Below are positions 7,782-16,027 of a stretch of DNA of 32,000 nt, piece by piece. The notes under the pieces were generated by a model. That model was not told where the DNA came from and ran no database searches. It saw only the letters and a list, made by a program, of their open reading frames with translations. Made by a program: the position numbers and the translations under genes. The DNA is from Candidatus Iainarchaeum sp. (GTDB lineage: Archaea; Iainarchaeota; Iainarchaeia; Iainarchaeales; 0-14-0-20-30-16), in assembly GCA_028710695.1 (NCBI GenBank), contig JAQTTP010000007.1, positions 1-32,000 on the forward strand, given 5' to 3'. Numbering within the stretch: position 1 is the stretch's first letter; each line of letters starts with the position of its first letter.

Positions 7782-8972
7782 CTAATTTCTATTATTTCTG
7801 CCGTGTGGTCCATGGTTATGACTAAATTGTCTTCTCGGGGGTCTATTATGACCACCCTTAAAAGATGCACCGCCACTTCTTGCTCTTGATCTTTGGCTTC
7901 TAAACCCGCCTCTATCTCTGCTCGGGTCATAATTAACAGGCACAGATTCTATAAAATTTATAGCATATCCAGTTTTTCCCATTCTTCCAGTTCTTCCAAT
8001 TCTGTGCTTATGGGTATCTCTATCCATCGCAGCATCATAGTTTACAACAAATTCTATGTCTTCTATTTGCAAACCACGGGCAGCAACATCTGTTGCAATC
8101 ATAACTTGTGTTCTTCCGGTTTTAAAGTCTTTAAGAGATAGTTCTCTATTCTTCTGAGTTTTATCCCCATGTATACTTACTGCGCCAATTTCATTTTTTC
8201 CAAGTTTTTCACAAAGAGAATCTGCAAAGTATTTTTTAGAAACAAAAACCAGCACCTTTTTTCCTGCAGCTTGGGTTATTATATCTAATAATGCTTTGTA
8301 CTTGTCCCCTCTTGTAACTTCCACATCTTTTTCAATTATATTTTTCCCAATAATTTCTGCAGGAATAGTTATTTCCTTATATTTTGGAATAAAAGTGTGT
8401 ATCAAACTTGCAACTTTTCCTTCTAAAGTAGCTGAAAACAAGTGCACATTCTTTGGTTCTATCATCCCAAGTATCTGTTTTATATCTGTTATAAAACCCA
8501 TATCAAGGGTTCTATCTGCCTCATCTAATACTACAGTATCAAATTGTCTTGGCTGTATTGCTCTTCTTTTAAAATGATCCAAAAGTCTTCCTGGGGTTGC
8601 TACTAAAATATCAACTCCTTTTCTTAACTGGCTTTGTTCATCAATCATTCCATGGCCACCATAAACATTGTACACTTTTAGTCTACTATGTCTGTTTAAT
8701 AGACTAAGCTCAGTTCTAACCTGCATAACTAGCTCTCTTGTAGGCCCAATGATTAATACCTTTTTTGATTGTCCGTTCAAGATTCTATGTGAAAGCGGTA
8801 TACCAAAAGCAAGTGTTTTTCCACTTCCTGTGTGGCTCCTACAAACAACATTTTCCCCGCCAATTATAGCTGGAATTACTTTGTCCTGAACTTCTGTTGC
8901 ATCCACATACTTTAGATCGTGTATGGATCTCAACAGCATACTATTAAATTGTATATCGTCAAATTTTGTCAT
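7782..8972 (-). CDS. DEAD-box RNA helicase with an Arg/Gly-rich C-terminal tail
   Basis: 396 aa; CRSHTGSGKT, VATPGRLLD, VLDEADRTLDMGF, LFSATL, ATDVAARGLQI, HRIGRTGRMG; tail RDRGGFRSQRSRARSGGASFKGG. Confidence 0.93.
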   Translation of the reverse strand: MTKFDDIQFNSMLLRSIHDLKYVDATEVQDKVIPAIIGGENVVCRSHTGSGKTLAFGIPLSHRILNGQSKKVLIIGPTRELVMQVRTELSLLNRHSRLKVYNVYGGHGMIDEQSQLRKGVDILVATPGRLLDHFKRRAIQPRQFDTVVLDEADRTLDMGFITDIKQILGMIEPKNVHLFSATLEGKVASLIHTFIPKYKEITIPAEIIGKNIIEKDVEVTRGDKYKALLDIITQAAGKKVLVFVSKKYFADSLCEKLGKNEIGAVSIHGDKTQKNRELSLKDFKTGRTQVMIATDVAARGLQIEDIEFVVNYDAAMDRDTHKHRIGRTGRMGKTGYAINFIESVPVNYDPSRDRGGFRSQRSRARSGGASFKGGHNRPPRRQFSHNHGPHGRNNRN

Positions 8973-9333
8973 ATTTATTACTCCCTGAAAAGTAATTTTT
9001 GTAATTCAATACTCAACAGAAAAGTCAAATAAACTAATAAGAATCCACTCTTAAACAGAGTAAATAAAATTTATCAACCGTTCTATAGCCCTATTGGCCT
9101 ATATTTTATCGCAATTGCATTTCATCACAATCACCGATTATAGTTTTTTACCTAATCACATCAATTACTATACTATATAACTTACACAGGTATTAGTTTA
9201 TAAATTAGCAAGATAAAAGCAATAGTGTCTACCTTTTGTAAAATATGCATTACATTTAAAAACAAAACCCCCTCTTTAATTAGTTAGCTTTAATGGAATA
9301 TCCCAAACCTTTTGGTTTGTGGATATGGTCTGT

Positions 9334-9369
9334 TTTTGGCAGACTGTGCCTTTTTTTTAAAAAGGCTAG
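9334..9369 (-). repeat. Copy A of a dispersed structured repeat (CTAGCCTTTT ... AAAAGGCACAGTCTGCCAAAA)
   Basis: Minus strand CTAGCCTTTTTAAAAAAAAGGCACAGTCTGCCAAAA; the last 21 nt are identical to 25635-25655 (+). Confidence 0.85.
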
Positions 9370-9442
9370 GGGCCGTGGTGTAGCCCGGTAAGCATCTAAG
9401 CTTTGGGAGCTTAAGACCCCGGTTCAAATCCGGGCGGCCTCA
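9369..9442 (+). tRNA. tRNA-Pro (anticodon TGG)
   Basis: GGGGCCGTGGTGTAGCCCGGTAAGCATCTAAGCTTTGGGAGCTTAAGACCCCGGTTCAAATCCGGGCGGCCTCA; the acceptor stem pairs with one G-U, anticodon loop CTTTGGG. Confidence 0.95.
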
Positions 9443-9449
9443 TTTATTT

Positions 9450-10079
9450 TTAAAGTTTTAACACTTTTATCGCTCTCTTGTATACTGTTTCCATATCTTC
9501 ATCAGCACTAAGCCTTAGAACTTTCTTTTTAGGATAGTAATTCAATACTGGCTCTGCCTTACTCTTGTACTCATTAAGCCTGCTTTTTATTGCTTCGGGC
9601 TTATCGTCATCTCTCTGGAACAACTTAGCGCCGTCTTTATCACAAATCCACTTCACCTTTGGAGGGATATTTATTTCATGATAGATTTCTCCACATTTAG
9701 GACAAGTCCATCTTTTGCTTAATCTATCAACCAAGGTTTTCTCATTTGCCTCAAAAGAAAGCAAGTAATCAAAATTCAAAAAATCTTTAGAACCTTCTGC
9801 TTGCTCTAGAGATCTAGGATATCCATCTAAAATTACCTTTTTGTGCTTGTAATCTATTTTTTCCAAGTATGCCTTTAGTAGGGGGTTCATCATCTCTTGC
9901 GGAACAAACTTTCCACTAGTTATTAGTTTTTCTACTTCTTTCCCAAGTTTAGACCCGCTTGCAACCTCTGCTCTTAAAATGTCACCAGTACTAACATGAA
10001 CAAATCCGTTTCTTTCAACAAACATTCTTGCATAAGTTCCTTTTCCAACGCCGGAAGGCCCGAAAAATAATAATAACAT
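9450..10079 (-). CDS. adk: Adenylate kinase
   Basis: 209 aa; FFGPSGVGKGTYA, VSTGDILR, ILDGYPRSLEQA, lid CPKCGEIYH...CDKDG, QRDDDKPEAIKSRL. Confidence 0.93.
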   Translation of the reverse strand: MLLLFFGPSGVGKGTYARMFVERNGFVHVSTGDILRAEVASGSKLGKEVEKLITSGKFVPQEMMNPLLKAYLEKIDYKHKKVILDGYPRSLEQAEGSKDFLNFDYLLSFEANEKTLVDRLSKRWTCPKCGEIYHEINIPPKVKWICDKDGAKLFQRDDDKPEAIKSRLNEYKSKAEPVLNYYPKKKVLRLSADEDMETVYKRAIKVLKL

Positions 10080-10091
10080 TTTATCATCCCC

Positions 10092-10679
10092 TTAAATCTT
10101 TCCTTTTCTATAATGTAGAGCAGTATCTGTTCTATCATAATTATGTATTTCTTCTGGTTTAAACCAGATATCTATTTCGTTCTTTGCTTCTTCCGCATTT
10201 CCACTTGCGTGTATTACTGTTAAAATTGGCCTATCAAGAACATTTGCTAAACCATAAGTATCATGAGAATAATCTCCTCTTATTGTCCCTGGCATTGCTT
10301 CCTCAATATTAGTTGGCCCAGTCATTTTCTTTACAACTTTCGCAGCATTGTGCCCCTCAATAACCATCGCCACAACAGGTAATATCATCATATCATTTAC
10401 TAAACCATCAACTATCTCTTTTCCTGCTTTCTTTGGATCATAATCTGCAGGATAACCTTTGTTTTTTATTAAACTTTTCCCTTTTTCTAAGAGCCAAGTG
10501 TCATCCTTATAGTAGTGCTGCTCAAGCTGCTTTCTTGATGCAAAAATCATCTTCATACCGACTATTTTAAGTCCAATTTTCTCAAAACGGGTTATAATTT
10601 CACCCATAATTCCTCGCGCAACTGCGTCTGGTTTTAAAATTACTAATGTTTTTTCCTGCACATAATTCACCTTCTTCAA
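10092..10679 (-). CDS. ndk: Nucleoside diphosphate kinase, long form
   Basis: 195 aa; EKTLVILKPDAVARGIMGEII, MTGPTNIEEAMPGTIRGDY, and IHASGNAEEAKNEI around the expected catalytic His. Confidence 0.92.
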   Translation of the reverse strand: MKKVNYVQEKTLVILKPDAVARGIMGEIITRFEKIGLKIVGMKMIFASRKQLEQHYYKDDTWLLEKGKSLIKNKGYPADYDPKKAGKEIVDGLVNDMMILPVVAMVIEGHNAAKVVKKMTGPTNIEEAMPGTIRGDYSHDTYGLANVLDRPILTVIHASGNAEEAKNEIDIWFKPEEIHNYDRTDTALHYRKGKI

Positions 10680-10713
10680 TTTTAAAAAATAGATATATAT
10701 TATAAATTACAAG

Positions 10714-10731
10714 AATATATAAAAAGCATTA
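10714..10731 (+). promoter_or_regulatory. Putative archaeal TATA-box region upstream of tldD
   Basis: AATATATAAAAAGCATTA about 30 bp before the tldD ATG; spacing is compatible with a leaderless or near-leaderless mRNA. Confidence 0.55.
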
Positions 10732-10746
10732 TACTATTACTTTTAT

Positions 10747-12078
10747 ATGGATCTTGATTTTATAACAAAAAAACTCAAAGATTGCGATTACTACAGAATA
10801 AATTACGAAGACACAAATCTAAACTTTATTAATGCTAGAAACTCAGAAGTAAAGCAAATAAAACAAGAAGAATACAAAGGCGTTTCTCTATTTTTAGTAA
10901 ATAAAGGCAAAGCATCTTTTGTAAGCACAAATGATTTATCAAAGAATAATCTTACTAACCTAATAGAAAGAGCAAAAACATTAACAAAAAACGGAGAAAA
11001 GATCGATTACCTTGATTTAATAGATTCAAAAAAGGTAAAAGCAAAAGTAGATATTGGCAAAGAGTCAAAACTAGATTTTGAAACAAAAGTAAAAGAAGTT
11101 TTAAAAAACTCTTCTAAAGAAAACTGTAATGTAAACGACATCATATACAAAGAAACTTTAAAACACAAAAGAATTTTAACAAACACAAAAGACATTTCAC
11201 AAAATCACAATTACTTTGTATTGGCAAGCACAATTACAGTTTCAGAAAAAGACAAAATAAGAGAGGGTTATCAAAGATACGGAAAGCAAACAAACATTGA
11301 TGACCAGATAACAAACCTAAGTTCTTTTGTAGAAAAAACAAAAAAAGAGGCAATTGAATCTTTAAAATACAAATCAATGCTAAAAGGAACTTATGATGTA
11401 ATAACACACCCTGAATTAAGCCACCTATTAGCACATGAAGCAATTGGCCATGCCTGTGAGGCAGACCTTGTTTACATTAAAGAATCAAGTTTAAAGCTTG
11501 GAAAAAAATTAGCTAATTCTGATTTTAATGTTTATGACGACCCTTTTGTAAAAGACGATTGGGGATACCTTGTTTATGATGATGAGGGAAATAAAGCAAA
11601 AAAAAGAACATTAATAAAATCAGGAATTGTAAATGAATTTATCAATGACTTAAAACATTCCAAAAAATTAAATCTAATTCCAAATGGCGGAGCAAGAGCA
11701 GAAAGTTATAACAAGATCCCAATCCCAAGAATGACAAATACTGGTGTGGGACCAGGAAAAATAAAAAAACAAGAACTCCTAGAAGATTTAAAAAAAGGAA
11801 TTATTCTTTGTCAAGGCCATGGCGGCCAAGTTGATCCTGCAAGCGGAACATTCCAATTTGGAGTACGAAAAGCAATACTTATTGACAAAGGCAAAGAAGA
11901 AAACTATGTAAATCTTTCTTTTTCAGGGAACATTACTACTGATTTATTTAACATAAAAGGAATTTCAAAAGAGGTTGAATCTGGTCCAGAATTTATCGGG
12001 GTTTGTGGAAAAAGTGGACAACAAGCCCAAGTAAGTGGGTTTGGCCCATATATTAAATTTTCGGGGGTAAGATTTTGA
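10747..12078 (+). CDS. tldD: TldD metalloprotease-like protein
   Basis: 443 aa; HPELSHLLAHEAIGHACEADLV (HExxxH), GWGYLVYDDEG-like segment, ARAESYNKIPIPRMTNTGV, LCQGHGGQVDPASGTFQFG. Confidence 0.9.
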   Translation: MDLDFITKKLKDCDYYRINYEDTNLNFINARNSEVKQIKQEEYKGVSLFLVNKGKASFVSTNDLSKNNLTNLIERAKTLTKNGEKIDYLDLIDSKKVKAKVDIGKESKLDFETKVKEVLKNSSKENCNVNDIIYKETLKHKRILTNTKDISQNHNYFVLASTITVSEKDKIREGYQRYGKQTNIDDQITNLSSFVEKTKKEAIESLKYKSMLKGTYDVITHPELSHLLAHEAIGHACEADLVYIKESSLKLGKKLANSDFNVYDDPFVKDDWGYLVYDDEGNKAKKRTLIKSGIVNEFINDLKHSKKLNLIPNGGARAESYNKIPIPRMTNTGVGPGKIKKQELLEDLKKGIILCQGHGGQVDPASGTFQFGVRKAILIDKGKEENYVNLSFSGNITTDLFNIKGISKEVESGPEFIGVCGKSGQQAQVSGFGPYIKFSGVRF

Positions 12079-13322
12079 TGGATTCCATAAACTTAAAAGC
12101 AGATGAAAAAACAAGATTTTACCTTATAAACAATAAAAAAACAACTTTAGAAATTCACAACACAACACAAATAATTCCAAAATATAGTAATAATACTGAA
12201 TTACAGATTGATTTAATAAAGAATGAAAAAAGAGCAAGAGGAAGCATAAAAGAAATTAACGAAAAAACAATATCTTCAAAAATAAAAAGTCTTCAAAAAT
12301 TGACTACTTACAACAACAAGAAATTTTTTGAACAATTTCCAGAAGCAGTAAGACAAGAACAGAATTATAAAACAGAATATACTGAATTTGATTTGACAGA
12401 AATTGAAAGAGAATTTAGAGATCATACAAAAGACCTTTTAAAAGACAAAACAATTAAAAAAGTCATGTCAAAAATTTCACAAAACACAAGTAAAACACAA
12501 TTATTTGCAAAAGAATTAGAGTATGGTTCCACCAACAATTTCTTATCACTCGGCATTTCTGCAATAGTAAACGATAGATCGAGTAGTAGCCATTCTGTTG
12601 ACATTACTACAGAAAAAGATTATGATGTTGCAAAATTATTTGACAAACTAAAAGAAACAATTAAGATGGAAAAAAACCCAGAAAGCACAAAAGAAAAATA
12701 TTCCGAATTTATTATTACTCCCACTGTATTCGAGCAGTTAATAGATTATTTTATTTTACAAAATATTAATTTGGAAGATTTAAAATTAAACAATAATTAT
12801 ATTGCAAAAAACTGGGGAAAACAAATATTTGATGAAAAGTTAACTATAGCAGAAGATCCTTTTATAGATTATTCTCCTTTTTCTGACAAATATGATTTTG
12901 AGTTTTCAAGAACTACAAAAAAAGAGATAATAAAAAATGGAATTGCAAAATCATTCTTTGCTGATTTAGCAGATGCATATAAATATAAAAGCAGGCCTAC
13001 TGGAAACTGGTTCTTTTCAAACAGCGAAACAAACATTACTGTGGAGCCTGGAACAAAAAAACTAGACAAACTTATTTCAGAAACAAAAAAAGGAATTATA
13101 ATTAGAGATATTATTGGGTTACACACTGCCAATAAAACAGAGGGAGAGTTAACTGTTCCGGCAGGCATTGCAAATGAAATTGTCAACGGAGAAATAAAAC
13201 GAAATGTAAAAAACGTTCCATTAGTAATAAAAATATCTGATCTCCTTAACGGTATTGAAATAAGTAAAGAAAGAAATCAAGAAGACAATTTCTTATTACC
13301 TTACATAAAGAAGGTGATATAA
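12075..13322 (+). CDS. pmbA: TldE/PmbA-family protein
   Basis: 415 aa, overlaps the tldD stop; DPFIDYSPFSDKYDFEFSRT, GIAKSFFADLADAYKYKSRPTGN, LHTANKTEGELTVPAGIANEIVNGE. Confidence 0.83.
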   Translation: MMDSINLKADEKTRFYLINNKKTTLEIHNTTQIIPKYSNNTELQIDLIKNEKRARGSIKEINEKTISSKIKSLQKLTTYNNKKFFEQFPEAVRQEQNYKTEYTEFDLTEIEREFRDHTKDLLKDKTIKKVMSKISQNTSKTQLFAKELEYGSTNNFLSLGISAIVNDRSSSSHSVDITTEKDYDVAKLFDKLKETIKMEKNPESTKEKYSEFIITPTVFEQLIDYFILQNINLEDLKLNNNYIAKNWGKQIFDEKLTIAEDPFIDYSPFSDKYDFEFSRTTKKEIIKNGIAKSFFADLADAYKYKSRPTGNWFFSNSETNITVEPGTKKLDKLISETKKGIIIRDIIGLHTANKTEGELTVPAGIANEIVNGEIKRNVKNVPLVIKISDLLNGIEISKERNQEDNFLLPYIKKVI

Positions 13323-13363
13323 TTTACCCAACTATTCACCTAATAATAAGTATAATTCCAACA

Positions 13364-13783
13364 ATGCTTCTTTCTTTGATCAACAAAGAAATGGCCATTA
13401 CTTTTTTAATTTCAAATGTAATAATTGATATTGACCACATAATAAATTATTTCTATTATTACAGAGATTTGAACATAATAACAGTTTACAACCATTATAT
13501 GTTCAATAAAAAATCAAAAAAGCATAAAGAACGTCAGCTCTACATATTTCACACCTTAGAGGCAGTAGCAATCTTTTCATTAATTGGGTTTTACATTAAT
13601 ACAAATATTGGATACGGAATTTTAGCTGGTCTTTTGTTCCACATTTTGTGTGATGCAACAGAAGTAACTTATGAAAAAATCAAACAAGAAACAGTTCGCT
13701 ACAAGCCTCTTTCAATCATCTACTACCTAGCAAAGTACTATCCAAGAAAGATAATTGAGAAAATTAAGGAACTAGGTGAATAA
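13364..13783 (+). CDS. Small membrane protein resembling the DUF457/YdjM-like putative hydrolase family
   Basis: 139 aa, hydrophobic; NVIIDIDHIINYF, FHTLEAVAIFSLIGF, GYGILAGLLFHILCDATE. Confidence 0.5.
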   Translation: MLLSLINKEMAITFLISNVIIDIDHIINYFYYYRDLNIITVYNHYMFNKKSKKHKERQLYIFHTLEAVAIFSLIGFYINTNIGYGILAGLLFHILCDATEVTYEKIKQETVRYKPLSIIYYLAKYYPRKIIEKIKELGE

Positions 13784-14692
13784 ATGGATAAAGAAACACA
13801 AATAGTGGGAGTAGAACACTTACATTATAATTTGCCACCTGCAATAAAATTATTAGAAGAATCAAATGCACAAACAATAGGTTTAGAAATACCCCCAAAA
13901 TTTCTACAGGTATTTGAAGAAATATACAAAACAAGCAAAAACAAAACTGAAAAAATAAGGGGACTAGCAGAACTACATTTATCAGAAATTGATAGCATCA
14001 AAGAATATATGAATAGAGCAAAAAGACAATTTAGAATACCTGAACAATTTATTCAGATGTTGATACGAGTTCTGGATCAACATAAAATCCAAGAAAGAAA
14101 TGCAATAGATAGACTAGATGAAAGGCTTGAAAGCCATTTAGAATATTTTATCACGTCAAGACCAGAAATATCTACTAGCTTATTTTTTTACTCCCTTTTT
14201 GAAAAGGCAAAAAAAGCAGGAAAAACAGTGGTGCCTTTAGAAAGCAATAATTTAGATATAATGTCAAAGGCATATTTAGGAGTATTAGATGCAAAAGGAT
14301 ACGGCGTCACGGAAGATTTGGGGCCTTTAGAAAGATTAGAAATTTTTTTAAAAAAAGCACAAGGCCCAATGCGAGAATCTCATATGGCATACCAAATCGC
14401 AAAACACGGTGTAGATTTAACATTTGTTGGACAAGGCCATGTTGGCGTCTATGGAGTTCAAAGAATATTATCTAAACGTGGATATAAGGTAAAAGTACAA
14501 AAACTTATGAAATTTTACCCAATGACAGAATTAGACACAAAATATATGCCTGTACGAAAAGACTACGCAGAAAAGATGAAAAGAACTCACGATGCTTGGT
14601 GGAATAGACTGGAACAGCAAAGAGAAAGACAAAGACAAGGATTACCTGCAAGGGAAAAAAGATTTACAAAAACAAGACAAAAATTACTCTAA
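13784..14692 (+). CDS. Uncharacterised protein, possibly TraB/TIKI-like superfamily
   Basis: 302 aa; N-terminal IVGVEHLHYNLPPAIKLLEESNAQTIGLEIP and later DLTFVGQGHVGVYGVQRIL resemble the GxxH/E and GxxH motifs of TraB/PrgY/TIKI proteins. Confidence 0.45.
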   Translation: MDKETQIVGVEHLHYNLPPAIKLLEESNAQTIGLEIPPKFLQVFEEIYKTSKNKTEKIRGLAELHLSEIDSIKEYMNRAKRQFRIPEQFIQMLIRVLDQHKIQERNAIDRLDERLESHLEYFITSRPEISTSLFFYSLFEKAKKAGKTVVPLESNNLDIMSKAYLGVLDAKGYGVTEDLGPLERLEIFLKKAQGPMRESHMAYQIAKHGVDLTFVGQGHVGVYGVQRILSKRGYKVKVQKLMKFYPMTELDTKYMPVRKDYAEKMKRTHDAWWNRLEQQRERQRQGLPAREKRFTKTRQKLL

Positions 14693-14795
14693 AACCCTAA
14701 AAAACCTGAAAAAACCGATTTTTGTAGACAAGCATAAGAATTTAAGACATATCTACCCTAAATATAGTATATTTTATATGTCAGGGGGCATAAAA

Positions 14796-15005
14796 ATGGT
14801 AGTTACATGTCATATTTGCAACAAGCCTGCGAGGTTTCAAACACCAACAGGAAGATGGGTTTGTATAGATTGTTATAGGACTCAATTCAACAGCATAAAA
14901 GACGATCAAAGACCAAAACCACAACCAAAGAAAGTAGCTGAGCCTAAACCGGAGCCAAAACAAGAAGAGCCATCAGAAACAACTGAAACTTCTGAAGAAA
15001 TATAA
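14796..15005 (+). CDS. Small zinc-ribbon-like protein with an acidic/proline-rich tail
   Basis: The track gives 14592-15005, but that start overlaps the preceding CDS by about 100 bp. An in-frame ATG at 14796 gives MVVTCHICNKPARFQTPTGRWVCIDCYRTQF..., with a TATA-like TATAGTATATTTTATAT about 30 bp upstream. Confidence 0.7.
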   Translation: MVVTCHICNKPARFQTPTGRWVCIDCYRTQFNSIKDDQRPKPQPKKVAEPKPEPKQEEPSETTETSEEI

Positions 15006-16007
15006 TTAGAAAGGACGTCTGTTCCTTCTTAATTTTTTTATACCTTGTATATTAGAAATACCTTCAATATAGGCTTTTACTGTGTTAATCTCATTTGGGC
15101 TTAGCTTTGCTCTGAGGTCAGCATCTATTATTACTGACGGATAAGAATAATTCTTTGTATGTGATGCCAAGAAGTAAATTACCTCTATTGCTTCTTTACA
15201 AGGATCAATCATTTCTATCCTCAAAGGCAGGTCATAGTCATTTACTTTTACATATCCCACATATAAGTCTACCTTTTTGTGGGCATTTAAATCATCTAAG
15301 ATCTTGTTCTCCTCTCCAGCCCTAAAGAAATTTACTCCTTGCTTTTTATTAAGGGCAGCATTAAGGAAAATAGAATCATTAAATTTCTCTAATCCAAACT
15401 TCTTTGTAAAAAAATTAGATCTTGAATCTTCAACACAACCAATCAATCTTGTTTTCTTTTTTTCTGCAGCAACATATAATGTCAAATAGCTGCTAATTAA
15501 TTCTTGATACTCTTTATAAATTTCTGAATCTTTCTTCAAACGATCCATTGGGTGTGGAATTAGACTTCCATCCAAAAGAAAATAATCTAAGTCATTAGTT
15601 TCAATTATCTGTCTTGCCAACAGCAATTCCTGTTTTATTCTTGTTATTGAAACATATCTTTCAAATTCTTCTTTTTGCAAGCAGGCATCAGGAGTAAAAA
15701 ACACTGCCAAAGGGTTCTTAGGAAATCTTTTATTTTCTTCAAGTTTTCCGTTTTTATAATAAAATACAGACCCACTAATCTTAACAAAACAAAAATCAAA
15801 TCCTACAAAAGAATCAGAAAAAAATCCAGAGTCAACAGCACCTACAGAAAAGGTTTTTTTGTCATTTTTAATATCAATCAAAGCAGCAGAGTCTATAAAT
15901 TTAAGATCTTTTATTTGACTAGAATCAAAGATGCCTTTTGCTTTTTCAGTAATCAAAACAAAAGAATCTTTTACTCCTTTTATTTTTTCTCTTATCTGTT
16001 CATACAT
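15006..16007 (-). CDS. nurA: NurA-domain 5'-3' nuclease
   Basis: 333 aa; FSVGAVDSGFFSDSFVG, YFLLDGSLI, RLIGCVEDSRSNFF, DYDLPLRIEMID, C-terminal YPSVIIDADLRAKLSPNE. Confidence 0.75.
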   Translation of the reverse strand: MYEQIREKIKGVKDSFVLITEKAKGIFDSSQIKDLKFIDSAALIDIKNDKKTFSVGAVDSGFFSDSFVGFDFCFVKISGSVFYYKNGKLEENKRFPKNPLAVFFTPDACLQKEEFERYVSITRIKQELLLARQIIETNDLDYFLLDGSLIPHPMDRLKKDSEIYKEYQELISSYLTLYVAAEKKKTRLIGCVEDSRSNFFTKKFGLEKFNDSIFLNAALNKKQGVNFFRAGEENKILDDLNAHKKVDLYVGYVKVNDYDLPLRIEMIDPCKEAIEVIYFLASHTKNYSYPSVIIDADLRAKLSPNEINTVKAYIEGISNIQGIKKLRRNRRPF

Positions 16008-16027
16008 ATTTTTCCCTTATGCCAGAC

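Noticed and set aside
10747-13322. TldD/TldE as part of a microcin or RiPP biosynthetic cluster
   Set aside because: No precursor peptide, YcaO, radical SAM or dedicated transporter gene was recognised nearby, and TldD/E pairs are widespread housekeeping proteins.
14592-14795. N-terminal extension of the 137-aa zinc-ribbon ORF
   Set aside because: It overlaps the end of the preceding CDS in another frame and is low-complexity (KEKDKDKDY...); the ATG at 14796 is more plausible.
15006-16007. NurA as part of a HerA-Sir2/NurA-HerA defence island
   Set aside because: No HerA-like ATPase or other defence gene is present; neighbours are pheT and a small zinc-ribbon gene.
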